DNA of 64,000 nucleotides from Eledone cirrhosa (Eukaryota): positions 35,464,001 through 35,528,000 of the forward strand of contig OZ024754.1 in the NCBI GenBank assembly GCA_964016885.1. The letters run 5' to 3'. Under the pieces are notes generated by a model, which made no database searches, was not told the DNA's origin, and saw only the letters and a list, made by a program, of their open reading frames with translations. The position numbers and the translations under genes are program-made. Position 1 is the stretch's first letter. The number at the start of each line of letters is the position of its first letter. Below are positions 51,208 to 64,000 of this stretch, piece by piece.

Positions 51208-51918
51208 GACCCCTAGCAATTTAATCTAAAAATAAAAAAGGGAAACAAAAGGAAAGAAAGAATAGGGAAATATAGAGAAAGAAAAGATCGGGGTGGGGGG
51301 GGGAGAAGAGAGGGAAGGGTTGAAGTGTGGGGGGGGGGTGGCCCTAAAGCAAAAGGGGTTGAAGTGCTGCGCCTCGCGAACGAGACGGCAAAAATATTCC
51401 CGCAGACGATAGCCAGTGACACCCGCTACAATAGCCACCCAACCTTTCGGACGTCCGCCTCAGACGAGATTCAGTTTATAAGTGATTGAATTATTCAGTT
51501 ATCGAATTGTACAAGCAACTAAATAAATAAACTCTATATCAACCCTGCGGAAAGGAAAAAACAAAATCGATTACAACCGGTTTGGAATTTGAAACAGTAA
51601 AGTATGTATTATGTTAAACAGTTTAAACACATTCTACAGGATGAATTGAGTTGAAATACTTCGAGGGGGTCGTTACGTCTGCAAACCACCGTTATACTGT
51701 ATAGCTGATACTTTTATCGATTCCAAAAGAATGAAGGCCAAAGTCGACCTCGCTGAGATTTGAACTCAGAGCGTGGGGATCCAGAACAATACCGCAAGGC
51801 ATTCTATCCCCGACAATGTCAGCTTGCTTCATTATAGATGCAATAGATATTGTTTGATATTTAGTCAAGTATATTTTATTTATTCGTGAGTGATTAATAA
51901 TAATATTATTATAACAAT

Positions 51919-52541
51919 TGTTTCTAATTTTGGCTCAAGGCCAGCAAATTATCCCAGTGCATTACTGGTACTTTATTTTATCGACCCCGTAACGATGAAA
52001 GGCAAAGTTAACCTCGGGAGGATTTAAACTCAGTCCGTAAAGGGCCGTAACTATGCTGCAGTGCATGGCGTCCGACCCTCTACCCATACTGCCAATCCAC
52101 CGCCCTTTATATAATATTATAATAATTGTTTCGATTTTTGGCACTAGGCCAGCAAATACCCAGTGCATTACTGGTACTTTATTTTATCGACCCCGTAAGG
52201 ATTAAAGCCTAAGTCAACCTCGGCAGGATTTGAACTCAGACCGCAAAGGGACATAACTCTATGTTGCAAAGCATGGCCGCCGACCCTCTACCGATACTAC
52301 CAATCCATCTAATATAATAATATCGTTATATGTGGGGAGGGTCATGTTAAAATAATCGTTTCTACTTTTGGCACAAGGCCAGCAATTACCTCAGTGCATT
52401 ACTGGTACTTTATTTTATCGACCCCGTAAGGATGAAAGGCAAAGTTAACCTCGGCGGGATTTGAACTCAGACCTTTGTTATAATAATTGTTTCTAGTTTA
52501 GGCACAAGGCCAGCAATTACCCAGTTCATTACTGGTACTTT
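51919..52541 (-). mobile_element. Cluster of four same-orientation major-family SINEs (two full, two 5'-truncated)
   Basis: Copies at 51919-52104, 52127-52309, 52357-52472 and about 52489-52541. Confidence 0.88.
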
Positions 52542-52619
52542 GTTATAATAATATCATATTATTACAAGTAAACAGCCTCATAAATTTGGGGATTTAAGTT
52601 TAAATACATTCTATAACGT

Positions 52620-52870
52620 ATAGAGGTCCCGAGTTCGACCCTACAGCACAGTATTTTGGGCAAATATCTTTACCATACCTTCATGCCGACTACAGCTTTG
52701 CTTTAGCGAAATTGGTAGACAGAAACTGTATAGAACCCCATCGGATGGACTGTACGTGTAATTCAAATGTCCTGCTTTGTTACTGTTACGTTGAGTCTGA
52801 TCGGGAATTACTTTAAAAGTACACGTGTCTGTAGAATACTCATCCCCTTACACGTAAATTCACGAGTTGA
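52620..52870 (+). mobile_element. Degenerate older SINE fragments
   Basis: B-box GAGTTCGACCC, then TTGGGCAA..TTGGTAGACAGAAACTG, recalled as typical of octopus SINEs. Confidence 0.5.
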
Positions 52871-53057
52871 GGACGTTAAGTTAAACCAGAGGTTCTCAAA
52901 ATTTCGGGTCCACCGCCCCCCCCCCCCCTTCTCGAGTACGTAATACCCTTACCGCCCCAACACTATTTCTAAAGAGACCTGCCTAGACGCAAATTGTAAA
53001 TAATATATCAAATAAAATCGTTAATTTATATATAATAAATAATTTAATATATACACT

Positions 53058-53106
<49 letters not shown>

Positions 53107-53114
53107 TGTCTGTC

Positions 53115-53177
<63 letters not shown>

Positions 53178-53190
53178 GTGTGTGTATATA

Positions 53191-53235
<45 letters not shown>

Positions 53236-53247
53236 ATATATATATAC

Positions 53248-53621
53248 ATTCTAGGAGAAGGAAAACTGTTATAACACCTGCAACCCTGATGGTATCCAAT
53301 GATGTTGACTTGTTCTTCTTTTCGGTAAATATCATCTTGGTTAAGAGAGTGGGACTGGCTTTGTGCAGTGCCTTTGCTCACTATAAAAGCTTCACGGCAC
53401 AGGCATTGCTTTATATCTGGAGATCTCTCTGCACTTGTCATCACATGGTACCATGGGCCCAGCACTATGTGTCAATAATTGTCACAAGTGTAGTGTTTGT
53501 ACCAGAGTTTTCAAGTCGCTGGCTGGACTAAAAAGTCACACTCGTTCAGCGCATCCGTAGGGGTTCTCCTACATGGATAGAAAGTAGTGGCCGTACTCGA
53601 AAACGAGTTGGCAGCCACCAT
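53248..53621 (+). mobile_element. Non-autonomous RTE-derived element, copy 4 (5'-truncated)
   Basis: C2H2 finger [23 protein letters not shown] at 53489-53560; (AT)n on both sides. Confidence 0.82.
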
Positions 53622-53730
53622 ATATATATATATATATATTCAAAGGTTAAACAAGGTTCAATGAATAAATCAAAGAATGAGTTTTACAATAGATTGGAAG
53701 CACTCAACAAATTTGGTTTTCCGGAGTTAT

Positions 53731-54011
53731 TAATATTAATTCAAAATATTAACAAAAATAGACATTCGTGTGATCAAGTATATTTTATTATACATATTTC
53801 AGAGGTACTGAGCTATCTTCAACAGTACGTCCTCATCAGAAGTAATGACTGAATCTTAACCATCTACTATGTCAGGGTATGTCATGCATCATCTTATTTT
53901 ATCTGATGAGGACGTACTGTTGAAGATAGCTCAGTACCTCTGAAATATGTATAATAAAATATACTTGATCACACGAATGTCTATTTTTGTTAATATTTTT
54001 AATTAATATTA
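53731..54011 (+). mobile_element. Fold-back element with ~110-bp inverted arms containing a hammerhead
   Basis: Arms at about 53731-53839 and 53902-54011, nearly identical. Confidence 0.8.
53895..53961 (+). ncRNA. Type-I hammerhead ribozyme
   Basis: TATTTTAT-CTGATGA-GGACGTACTG(TTGAAGATAGCT)CAGTACCTCT-GAAA-TATGTA-TA-ATAAAATA: 8-bp stem I, intact core. Confidence 0.82.
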
Positions 54012-54017
54012 TCTATT

Positions 54018-54137
54018 TACGGTCTGAGTTCAAATCCCGCCGAGGTTGACTTTGCCTTTCATAGTTACGGGGTCGATAAAATAAAGTACCAGTAATGCAC
54101 TGGGCAATTGCTGGCCTTGTGCCTAAAGTAGAAACAA
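54018..54137 (+). mobile_element. 5'-truncated major-family SINE
   Basis: B-box through tail present. Confidence 0.85.
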
Positions 54138-54796
54138 TTATATATATATATATATGTATGTATATATCATTTGATATTTTATATACTATTATATCATCTC
54201 TACCGTCCCCTTAGGCCGCAGAGCTCTCCGGACCTTCTTAACGACTCCCGGGAGTGGGGGGGGGGGGGGTCAGCGCCTACATTGAGGACCTCTGAGTTAA
54301 TCAAACAACTGGATGTCCGTCGTCGAAACCGACGGAGTACCCGTCTCGCGCCCCCCCCCCCCCTTTTTTTTTTTTTTCTATACCGAGCCAAGTACCCGTA
54401 AACCTAGTTTGTTCGATTTTATGTATATTGTATATTAAACGGCTCAGCTTTCTATCTATGTTGTCATGGAGTTTAGGTGGTTTAAATGCGATTAATACCA
54501 CCATATTAACCAAGTACTCACGAACCGGGATATATTGATGACAGAAGAAACTGTTACATTGTTGTTATGATTGTTGTTGTTGTTGTTGTACTGACTGCTA
54601 CTATTGATAATGCTGTAGATAATTGTTTTCACTGCGGTTGTTGTTGTTGTGATTGTTATGGTCCTACGCTATTTCTATCACTGTCTTTTCCCTTTTCTCT
54701 TTATCTCTCACTTGACCCCCCCCCCTCTTTCTCTCACTCTCTCTCATGCTCTCTACTCCACTAAATATAACTTTATGTCATGCTCTCCCTCACACC

Positions 54797-54828
<32 letters not shown>

Positions 54829-55585
54829 TTCTCTACTCCGCTCAGTATCACTCTTTCTCTATGTCATGCTCTCTCTATCTATATATATATATATCTTTCT
54901 CTCTCTCTCTACTCTACTCAATATCACTCTTTCTCTACGTCATGCGCTCTCTCTCTTACCCCTTCACTCTCTCTCCTCTGCTCAATATCACTCTTTCTCT
55001 ATGACATGCTCTTCCTTACACCCTATCAAACTATGTCTCTCTCACCCTATCTCTCTGCCCCACTCTCTGTCTCTCACCCTCTCTGTCACTCTCCCACTCA
55101 GTCTCTCTCTCACTCTCTGTCTCTGTCTCTCCCACTCTCAATCTCTCTCTCACTCTCTGTCCCTCAGTCTCTCCCACTCTCCCCCTCAGTCTCTCCCACT
55201 CTCTCCCCCTCAGTCTCTCCCACTGTCTCTCCCTCTGTCTCTCCCACTCTGTCTCTCCCACTCTGTCTCTCCCCCTCTCTGCCTCTCCCACTCTCTCTCA
55301 TGACATTACTGGTCTGTTCCAGGAGGTTAACACAATACCAGGTCAGCATCATTTTCAATGAAGCCTTTACATCAATATATTCTTAATTAGTTGTTCATAT
55401 GTGAGGACACGTGGTTTAGTGCTGACGGTGTTTGGTTCATAATCATAAGGTCGTAAGTTCGATTCCTAGTGGATAAGGTCCGACCTTATCACACATTGTG
55501 TGTGTGTGTATATATATATATATAATACAAATAGTGAAAACAATGAAATTAAACAAAATACGGGTAATTCATAGTAAAACACATT

Positions 55586-55717
55586 ATTTTACGATCGTTT
55601 CTGGGGGGGGGGGGTAGTTCTCCGTATGTCCATTCTATTAGTGATCTATGTAAAATATATTACAAATTATCAAAGTAAGAAAATATACATACGTCTTCCC
55701 TACCCACCGTCTTCAGA

Positions 55718-55720
<3 letters not shown>
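55586..55720 (-). ncRNA. Hammerhead-like motif with extended stem II
   Basis: Minus strand CTGAAGA-CGGTGGGTAG...CTACCCCC..A-GAAA-CGATCG-TA; palindromic stem III; weak stem I. Confidence 0.5.
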
Positions 55721-55752
<32 letters not shown>

Positions 55753-55848
55753 AATAATGGAGCTGCGGCGCTGCAAATGGGTTACATATGAAAAAGTTTG
55801 TCCTCATCAGTGGCCTTCCAACCGTCGTAGGCATTTCGTCGCATGTAT

Positions 55849-55999
55849 GTAAAAGGTAAACAGAAATAACAACACAATCGGTACAGTATATGGAAGGGAT
55901 ATATTAGGTTAACACTTGATATAGCAGGAAGAGGGTCTTAACGTTTCGGACGCTAGTCCTTCAACAGAAGAAAGAATGAGAAATAAGATAGATTGAGGG
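55849..55999 (-). mobile_element. Hammerhead mini-element, family B copy 2
   Basis: TCTT-CTGTTGA-AGGAC(TAGC)GTCC-GAAA-CG-TT-AAGA (core A to T change). Confidence 0.75.
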
Positions 56000-56277
56000 G
56001 GTGCGTGCGTGCGTGCGAAAAGTCAAACATAGGAAGAACAACACAGTGGAACTATACATAAATTTTTATATATATATATATAACTAATATATATGTATAT
56101 CTATAATTATACATATATATATATATATAAATTTAACTAATATATATTTGTAACTATAATTATATATATATATATTATATATATGTTAAGTATTTCCATG
56201 GAAAAGGTAAAGGAAAGACGAGTGCTCTATGTTTATTACAGAGCTATTTAATTATATAATAAACAACACAATATAAT

Positions 56278-56319
<42 letters not shown>

Positions 56320-56402
56320 TGTAAACGGAACAATGAAAAAAACACACAAGACAATGAAGAAATATATAAGTTAGTTTAACGCTTGATATGCTAGGAAAAA
56401 TG

Positions 56403-56438
56403 TCTTTACGTTTCGGACATTAGTCCTTCATCAGAAGA
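56403..56438 (-). ncRNA. Minimal type-I hammerhead ribozyme (family B relative; element about 56320-56470)
   Basis: TCTT-CTGATGA-AGGAC(TAAT)GTCC-GAAA-CG-TA-AAGA: intact minimal PLE-type hammerhead. Confidence 0.82.
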
Positions 56439-56470
56439 TAGAATAAGAAATAAAAGACGAGATAGAAAGA

Positions 56471-56646
56471 GGCAGTATCGGTAGGGCGTCAGACACAATG
56501 CTTTGCAGCATAGAGTTATGGCCCTTTGTGTTCTGAGTTCAAATCCGCCGAGGTTAACTTTGCTTTTCATCCTTCCAAGGTCGATAAATTAAAGCACCAG
56601 TAATGTACTGGGGTAATTGCTGGCCTTGTGCCCATAGTAGAAACAT
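56471..56646 (+). mobile_element. Major tRNA-derived SINE copy
   Basis: GGCAGTATCGGTAG..GAGTTCAAATCC..GGCCTTGTGCCCATAGTAGAAAC. Confidence 0.85.
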
Positions 56647-56662
56647 TGTTATCATCATTATA

Positions 56663-56895
56663 CTTAGGAAGTGTCATGCTGCCAATAAAAACACACGCAC
56701 TGTTGGTTTTCACATAAATTTATCATAAAATTTCCCGTTGGTTGGTTCAATAACCGGTTGGCTGTTTATATATTGTCAAAGCCCTTTTGTCACACATTCT
56801 GTGACCTCCTCAGTGACTGAGTTTTTATTTTGTCTCTCCTTTGTTCTGTCGTACACCATTGGAGTGTTTTTATTAGCAGCATGTCCCTCCCAAAT
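56663..56895. mobile_element. MITE with ~35-bp imperfect TIRs and TA flanks
   Basis: AGGAAGTGTCATGCTGCCAATAAAAACAC ... GTGTTTTTATTAGCAGCATGTCCCTCCC. Confidence 0.7.
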
Positions 56896-56977
56896 TATAA
56901 CAATATCTGTTTCAACACACGTTTTCAGATAAGAAATCTTGCAAAACAAATACAAAAGTAAAGTGTGTGAGGTGTGG

Positions 56978-57028
<51 letters not shown>

Positions 57029-57462
57029 ATAAACACAAATTCACGAATTCATAGATACGATAGTATTTTATTTCTCGCCATCGCCCTCCAATTTATGCTT
57101 GTAGAATTCGTCTGTCAACTGTAAAGTCGTGTGAGATAGATCTCATACCAGCATCTCCATATTTTTTTGTTAAGAGATACTACAACAAGATATGCTACAT
57201 TTATGGAATACGATTTGATATCCTCCACACTTTACGTTAATTATTTCTAAGCTCTGAACACAACTAATGATAAATGTTCACTTACAGCAGGGCTGCCCAA
57301 CCTTTTTTTGCATCATCACCCTCTTTCATGTGTAAATATTTTCCACAGCCTACTTTATAAATTCAAAAGCATAGCAAAAATGTTTGGTAATAGTTTGTTA
57401 CTGGTTTATTATTCCCAACTAGTCTCCTGTTTTGTTTATTTTTATAGGTTCTAGCATATTCC

Positions 57463-59218
57463 TTGTATCAATATAGCTACTGTATTACTGTCAGATTGTG
57501 TCGATATAGCTACTGTATTACTGTCACATTGTGTCAATATAGCTACTGTATTACTGTCACATTGTGTCAATATAGCTACTGTATTACTGTCACATTGTGT
57601 CAATATAGCTACTGTATTACTGTCACATTGTGTCAATATAGCTACTGTATTACTGTCATATTGTGTCAATATAGCTACTGTATTACTGTCATATTGTGTC
57701 AATATAGCTACTGTATTACTGTCACATTGTGTCAATATAGCTACTGTAATACTGTCACATTGTGTCAATATAGCTACTGTATTACTGTCACATTGTGTCA
57801 ATATAGCTACTGTATTACTGTCACATTGTGTCAATATAGCTACTGTATTACTGTCATATTGTGTCAATATAGCTACTGTATTACTGTCACATTGTGTCAA
57901 TATAGCTACTGTAATACTGTCACATTGTATCAATATAGCTACTGTATTACTGTCACATTGTGTCAATATAGCTACTGTATTACTGTCACATTGTGTCAAT
58001 ATAGCTACTGTATTACTGTCACATTGTGTCAATATAGCTACTGTATTACTGTCATATTGTGTCAATATAGCTACTGTATTACTGTCACATTGTGTCAATA
58101 TAGCTACTGTATTACCGTCACATTGTGTCAATATAGCTACTGTATTACCGTCACATTGTGTCAATATAGCTACTGTAATACTGTCACATTGTGTCAATAT
58201 AGCTACTGTAATACTGTCACATTGTATCAATATAGCTACTGTATTACTGTCACATTGTGTCAATATAGCTACTGTATTACTGTCACATTGTGTCAATATA
58301 GCTACTGTATTACTGTCACATTGTGTCAATATAGCTACTGTATTACTGTCACATTGTGTCAATATAGCTACTGTATTACTGTCATATTGTGTCAATATAG
58401 CTACTGTATTACTGTCATATTGTGTCAATATAGCTACTGTATTACTGTCATATTGTATCGATATAGCTACTGTATTACTGTCACATTGTGTCAATATAGC
58501 TACTGTATTACTGTCATATTGTGTCAATATAGCTACTGTATTACTGTCACATTGTGTCGATATAGCTACTGTATTACTGTCATATTGTGTCAATATAGCT
58601 ACTGTATTACTGTTACATTGTGTCAATATAGCTACTGTATTAGTCACATTGTGTCAATATAGCTACTGTATTACTGTCACATTGTGTCGATATAGCTACT
58701 GTATTACTGTCACATTATGTCAATATAGCTACTGTATTACTGTCACATTGTGTCAATATAGCTACTGTATTACTGTCACATTGTGTCAATATAGCTAATG
58801 TATTACTGTCACATTGTGTCAATATAGCTACTATATTACTGTCATATTGTGTCAATATAGCTACTATATTACTGTCACATTGTGTCAATATAGCTACTGT
58901 ATTACTGTCACATTGTGTCAATATAGCTACTATATTACTGTCATATTGTGTCAATATAGCTACTATATTACTGTCATATTGTGTCAATATAGCTACTATA
59001 TTACTGTCACATTGTGTCAATATAGCTACTGTATTACTGTCACATTGTGTCAATATAGCTACTATATTACTGTCATATTGTGTCAATATAGCTACTATAT
59101 TACTGTCACATTGTGTCAATATAGCTACTATATTACTGTCATATTGTGTCAATATAGCTACTATATTACTGTCATATTGTGTCAATATAGCTACTGTATT
59201 ACTGTCACATTGTGTCAA
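57463..59218. repeat. 33-bp tandem satellite, about 53 copies
   Basis: Unit TGTGTCAATATAGCTACTGTATTACTGTCACAT. Confidence 0.98.
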
Positions 59219-59637
59219 CTTGATATCACTGTCATATATTGTATAAGTATGTAATAACGGCGACACGTAAAATATTTGAAAATATGTTTGGTCAACAACA
59301 CATTGAGTTCAAACTGATTTCCTACTCCAGTAAAATATCATCGATATAACAATGTTTATCTGCTTATTTATTTTATCTATCTCGTTGTCAATGGCAATAT
59401 CGATTTTGTTACCCTTTGCACTACTGTATCATCTGCTATCATTGTCCCTAGGGACTCTTTACTGCTGACCTTTAAATTTTGCCTTCCAATTATCTATGCT
59501 CACTACCTATGTTGATAATGACCGCTATTATTATTAGTATTATTATTACTACTACTACTAGTGCATCCGTGTTGTCAATAATGACGGCAATAGTGATGAA
59601 CGTGTTTCATCGGAGGAGGTCAATGTCTAACTTAATA

Positions 59638-59673
<36 letters not shown>

Positions 59674-59807
59674 TATATTCATTTATTAAGGCTAAATGCT
59701 GAGTCTTGTCCGTCTGTATGTCGCAGGTTTATTCACATACACATATATAACGGATCTAGCTGTCGGAACGGCCAGAACTCAGCCGTCGGGGTTCTCTCTT
59801 ACACTCT

Positions 59808-59842
<35 letters not shown>

Positions 59843-59847
<5 letters not shown>

Positions 59848-60040
59848 AAAAAGTTTATCCCCGACGGCAGAGCTCAAGCCGTTTCGACGGCTATTTCTGG
59901 AGTTCAAAAATAGCCGCCGAAACGGCTTGAGCTCTGCCGTCGGGCTTAAACTTTTTCCTATTACCCACTCTACTACCCTAAGTACTGAGTACTCTGGTGC
60001 GTTATGGTCCATCTGGTTCCTCACCACACCTCCTTCGTTA
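59843..60040 (+). mobile_element. Fold-back hammerhead-derived mini-element, family A copy 3
   Basis: Palindrome about 59843-59961 plus the unique tail shared with copies 1 and 2; lies between (AT)n and (AC)n. Confidence 0.8.
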
Positions 60041-60234
60041 CACACACACACACACAGATCGAACCTTCAGCTGATCAATAGCGAAACACGCGTCACCAAT
60101 CAATAAACGTAATAAAGGCATCACGATTCGTCCTTATATATAAATGGTAGCGGTTGATGATGACTAAATGATATACTATCACTACCACTATTACGTCTAC
60201 TACCACCAGCATTACCACTATCACCACTACTAAC

Positions 60235-61110
60235 ATTACTATCACTACCAACGCCAACATCACTATCGTTAGCAACACCACTACCAACATCACTATCGTT
60301 AGCAACACCACTACCAACATCACTATCGTTAGCAACACCACTACCAACATCACTATCGTTAGCAACACCACTACCAACATCACTATCGTTAGCAACACCA
60401 CTATCAACATCACTATCGTTAGCAACACCACTACCAACGCCAACATTACTATCGTTAGCAACACCCCTACCAACGCCAACATTACTATCGTTAGCAACAC
60501 CCCTACCAACGCCAACATTACTATCGTTAGCAACAATCCTACCAACGCCAACATTACTATCGTTAGCAACACCCCTACCAACGCCAACATTACTATCGTT
60601 AGCAACACCCCTACCAACGCCAACATTACTATCGTTAGCAACACCACTACCAACGCCAACATTACTATCGTTAGCAACACCACTACCAACGCCAACATTA
60701 CTATCGTTAGCAACACCTCTACCAACGCCAACATTACTATCGTTAGCAACACCTCTACCAACGCCAACATCACTATCGTTAGCAACACCTCTACCAACGC
60801 CAACATTACTATCGTTAGCAACACCGCTACCAGCGCCAACATTACTATCGTTAGCAACACCACTACCACCGCCAACATTACTATCGTTAGCAACACCTCT
60901 ACCAACGCCAACATCACTATCGTTAGCAACACCACTACCAACGCCAACATTACTATCGTTAGCAACACCTCTACCAACATCACTATCGTTAGCAACACCA
61001 CTACCAACGCCAACATCACTATCGTTAGCAACACCACTACCAACGCCAACATTACTATCGTTAGCAACACCACTAGCAACGCCAACATCACTATCATTAG
61101 CAACACCACT
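60235..61110. repeat. 30/36-bp minisatellite (ACTATCGTTAGCAACACCACTACCAACGCCAACATT)
   Basis: Directly visible. Confidence 0.95.
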
Positions 61111-61209
61111 AACACCACCAACACACCAAACACCATTATCACCAACAACAACATTATCATTATTACCGCAGTTATCACCACAAACACCAACATTATCGTT
61201 AATACGATT

Positions 61210-62950
61210 ACCACCACTACCATTATCACAATTACCTCTGGTATCACAACCACCACTACCATTATCACAATTACCTCTGGTATCACAACCACCACTACCA
61301 TTATCACAATTACCTCTGGTATCACAACCACCACTACCATTATCACAATTACCTCTGGTATCATCACAACCACCACTACCATTATCACAATTACCTCTGG
61401 TATCATCACAACCACCACTACCATTATCACAATTACCTCTGGTATCACAACCACCACTACCATTATCACAATTACCTCTGGTATCACAACCACCACTACC
61501 ATTATCACAATTACCTCTGGTATCACAACCACCACTACCATTATCACAATTACCTCTGGTATCACAACCACCACTACCAGGTATCACAACCACCCACTAC
61601 CATTACACATCCACCTCTGGTATCCATCAACACCACTACCACTTTACACAACCACCACTACCATGTATCACAACCCTTACCCACTACCACCACAACTACC
61701 ATTACCTCTGTATCATCACAACCCACACCACTACCATTATCACAATTACCTGTGGTATCATCACAACCACCACTACCATTATCACAATTACCTCTGGTAT
61801 CACAACCACCACTACCATTATCACAATTACCTCTGGTTTCACCACAACCACCACTACCATTATCACAATTACCTCTGGTATCATCACAACCACCACTACC
61901 ATTATCACAATTACCTCTGGTATCACAACCACCACTACCATTATCACAATTACCTCTGGTATCATCACAACCACCACTACCATTATCACAATTACCTCTG
62001 GTATCACAACCACCACTACCATTATCACAATTACCTCTGGTATCATCACAACCACCACTACCATTATCACAATTACCTCTGGTATCATCACAACCACCAC
62101 TACCATTATCAAAATTACCTCTGGTATCATCACAACCACCACTACCATTATCACAATTACCTCTGGTATCATCACAACCACCACTACCATTATCACAATT
62201 ACCTGTGGTATCATCACAACCACCACTACCATTATCACAATTACCTCTGGTATCACAACCACCACTACCATTATCACAATTACCTCTTATCACAACCACC
62301 ACTACCATTATCACAATTACCTCTGGTATCATCACAACCACCACTACCATTATCACAATTACCTCTGGTATCATCACAACCACCACTACCATTATCACAA
62401 TTACCTCTGGTTTCACCACAACCACCACTACCATTATCACAATTACCTCTGGTATCACAACCACCACTACCATTATCACAATTACCTCTGGTATCACAAT
62501 CACCACTACCATTATCACAATTACCTCTTATCACAACCACCACTACCATTATCACAATTACCTCTGGTATCATCACAACCACCACTACCATTATCACAAT
62601 TACCTCTGGTATCATCACAACCACCACTACCATTATCACAATTACCTCTGGTTTCACCACAACCACCACTACCATTATCACAATTACCTCTGGTATCACA
62701 ACCACCACTACCATTATCACAATTACCTCTGGTATCACAACCACCACTACCATTATCACAATTACCTCTGGTATCATCACAACCACCACTACCATTATCA
62801 CAATTTCCTCTGGTATCATCACAACCACCACTACCATTATCACAATTACCTCTGGTATCACAACCACCACTACCATTATCACAATTACCTCTGGTTTCAC
62901 CACAACCACCACTACCATTATCACAATTACCTCTGGTATCACAACCACCA
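61210..62950. repeat. 39/42-bp minisatellite (GGTATCACAACCACCACTACCATTATCACAATTACCTCT)
   Basis: Directly visible; higher-order period of about 241 bp in the distal half. Confidence 0.95.
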
Positions 62951-63104
62951 CAATCACTGCTATCCCCAATATTTTCACCACAAATTATCACCGATAATGA
63001 TGGCTCTCCATCGGTTTCCACGATGAACATTCAGTTTTCGACCAGCAGAAATATCCATTATCTTTTCCTTATAGCGTAACAACAGATATATTTTATTGAA
63101 TCAA

Positions 63105-63598
63105 ACGTATCACGAGTGATGGAAGGAAGGAAGCTGAATTAAGTGCAAGAAATGCCGGAGCTGGTGCAGCAGTAATGCACCAGATTTCAGCATTCGATGA
63201 TCAGAAGAAGTGAAGTAGGTAGAAAATCCAAACACGCTATCCTTAGTTCGATATTCAGACAACACTTACCTATAGTTATAAATCTTGGATAATGACCGAA
63301 AGAATACAATCACGAATACAAGCGGCCCAAATGGGATTCCTCCGAAGGGTCTTTGGAGTAACATTACTTGATAAAATGTCTAGCTCGAAGATCAGTTATA
63401 GTCGCTCCAGTTATAGCCATTACTTCTCTGAATCGAGAGATTGCAGCTCCGATACTACGAACATGTGGTCAGGAAAGAATCACTGGATTGATTTTATGGG
63501 CAAAACAAATCGTCAGAGGGCCCAGAAGTAGACCCAAAGGAAGATGGTTGGATAACATCCATGCAATCGGCTGGTCCCGCTTGGGGATACAGCCACCA
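63105..63598 (+). mobile_element. Decayed RTE-clade LINE fragment (RT C-terminal region)
   Basis: ITSDGRKEAELSAR..TLTYSYKSWIMTERIQSRIQAAQMGFLRRVFGVTLLDK..IERLQLRYYEHVVR..RPKGRWLDNI, with stops and frameshifts. Confidence 0.85.
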
Positions 63599-63659
63599 AT
63601 TAATACCACCATCATCTTAATACTTTCATTATCATCGTCTCCACCACCGCCACCACCAC

Positions 63660-64000
63660 CACCTTAATACTTTCATTACTATCATCTTCACCACCAATAT
63701 CACCACCACCATCACCAATATCACCACCACCAATATCACCACCACCATCACCACCATCAATATCACCACCACCATCACCAATATCACCACCACCAATATC
63801 ACCACCACCATCACCAATATCACCACCACCATCAATATCACCACCACCATCACCTTAATACTTTCATTACCATCGTCTCCACCACCAATATCACCACCAC
63901 CATCACCAATATCACCACCATCACAACCATCAATATCACCACCACCATCACCACCAATATCACCACCATCACCAATACCACCACCATCGTCTCCACCACC
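63660..64000. repeat. (CAC/CAT/AAT) triplet-derived repeat
   Basis: Directly visible. Confidence 0.9.

Noticed and set aside
54300-54345. Hairpin TCCGTCG/CGACGGA as a novel RNA
   Set aside because: It resembles, from memory, the 3' tail of an older octopus SINE, and there is no ribozyme core.
56776-56945. Minus-strand exon candidate (ISYLKTCVETD..)
   Set aside because: It lies largely within a MITE defined by TIRs.
52887-57360. hAT-like termini (CAGAGGTTCTCAAA near 52888; CAGGGCTGCCCAACC near 57288)
   Set aside because: Single ends only; no matching partner TIR or 8-bp TSD found.

Overview
AT-rich animal genomic DNA saturated with microsatellites and minisatellites. The SINE repertoire and (AT)n/(AC)n density suggest a coleoid cephalopod such as octopus (inference). 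There is a 200-N gap at 26937-27136. Nearly all long ORFs in the track are repeat artefacts, and no host protein gene can be confidently called. A TE-poor island at about 11.0-16.5 kb looks like a minus-strand terminal exon plus long 3'UTR. Supported mobile elements are two Penelope-like retroelement (PLE) relics with RT and GIY-YIG motifs (26.2-26.9 kb +, 43.6-44.9 kb -), an RTE LINE fragment, four copies of a ~600-bp non-autonomous RTE-derived element, many tRNA-derived SINEs, a non-autonomous Helitron and several Tc1/mariner MITEs. The most striking signal is more than a dozen type-I hammerhead ribozyme motifs (intact, degenerate or half-sites) from several unrelated short families. Most sit in or next to microsatellites, and many form fold-back inverted repeats. 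This suggests a diverse population of hammerhead mini-retroelements mobilised by PLE machinery. All structures were folded by eye; no searches were run.
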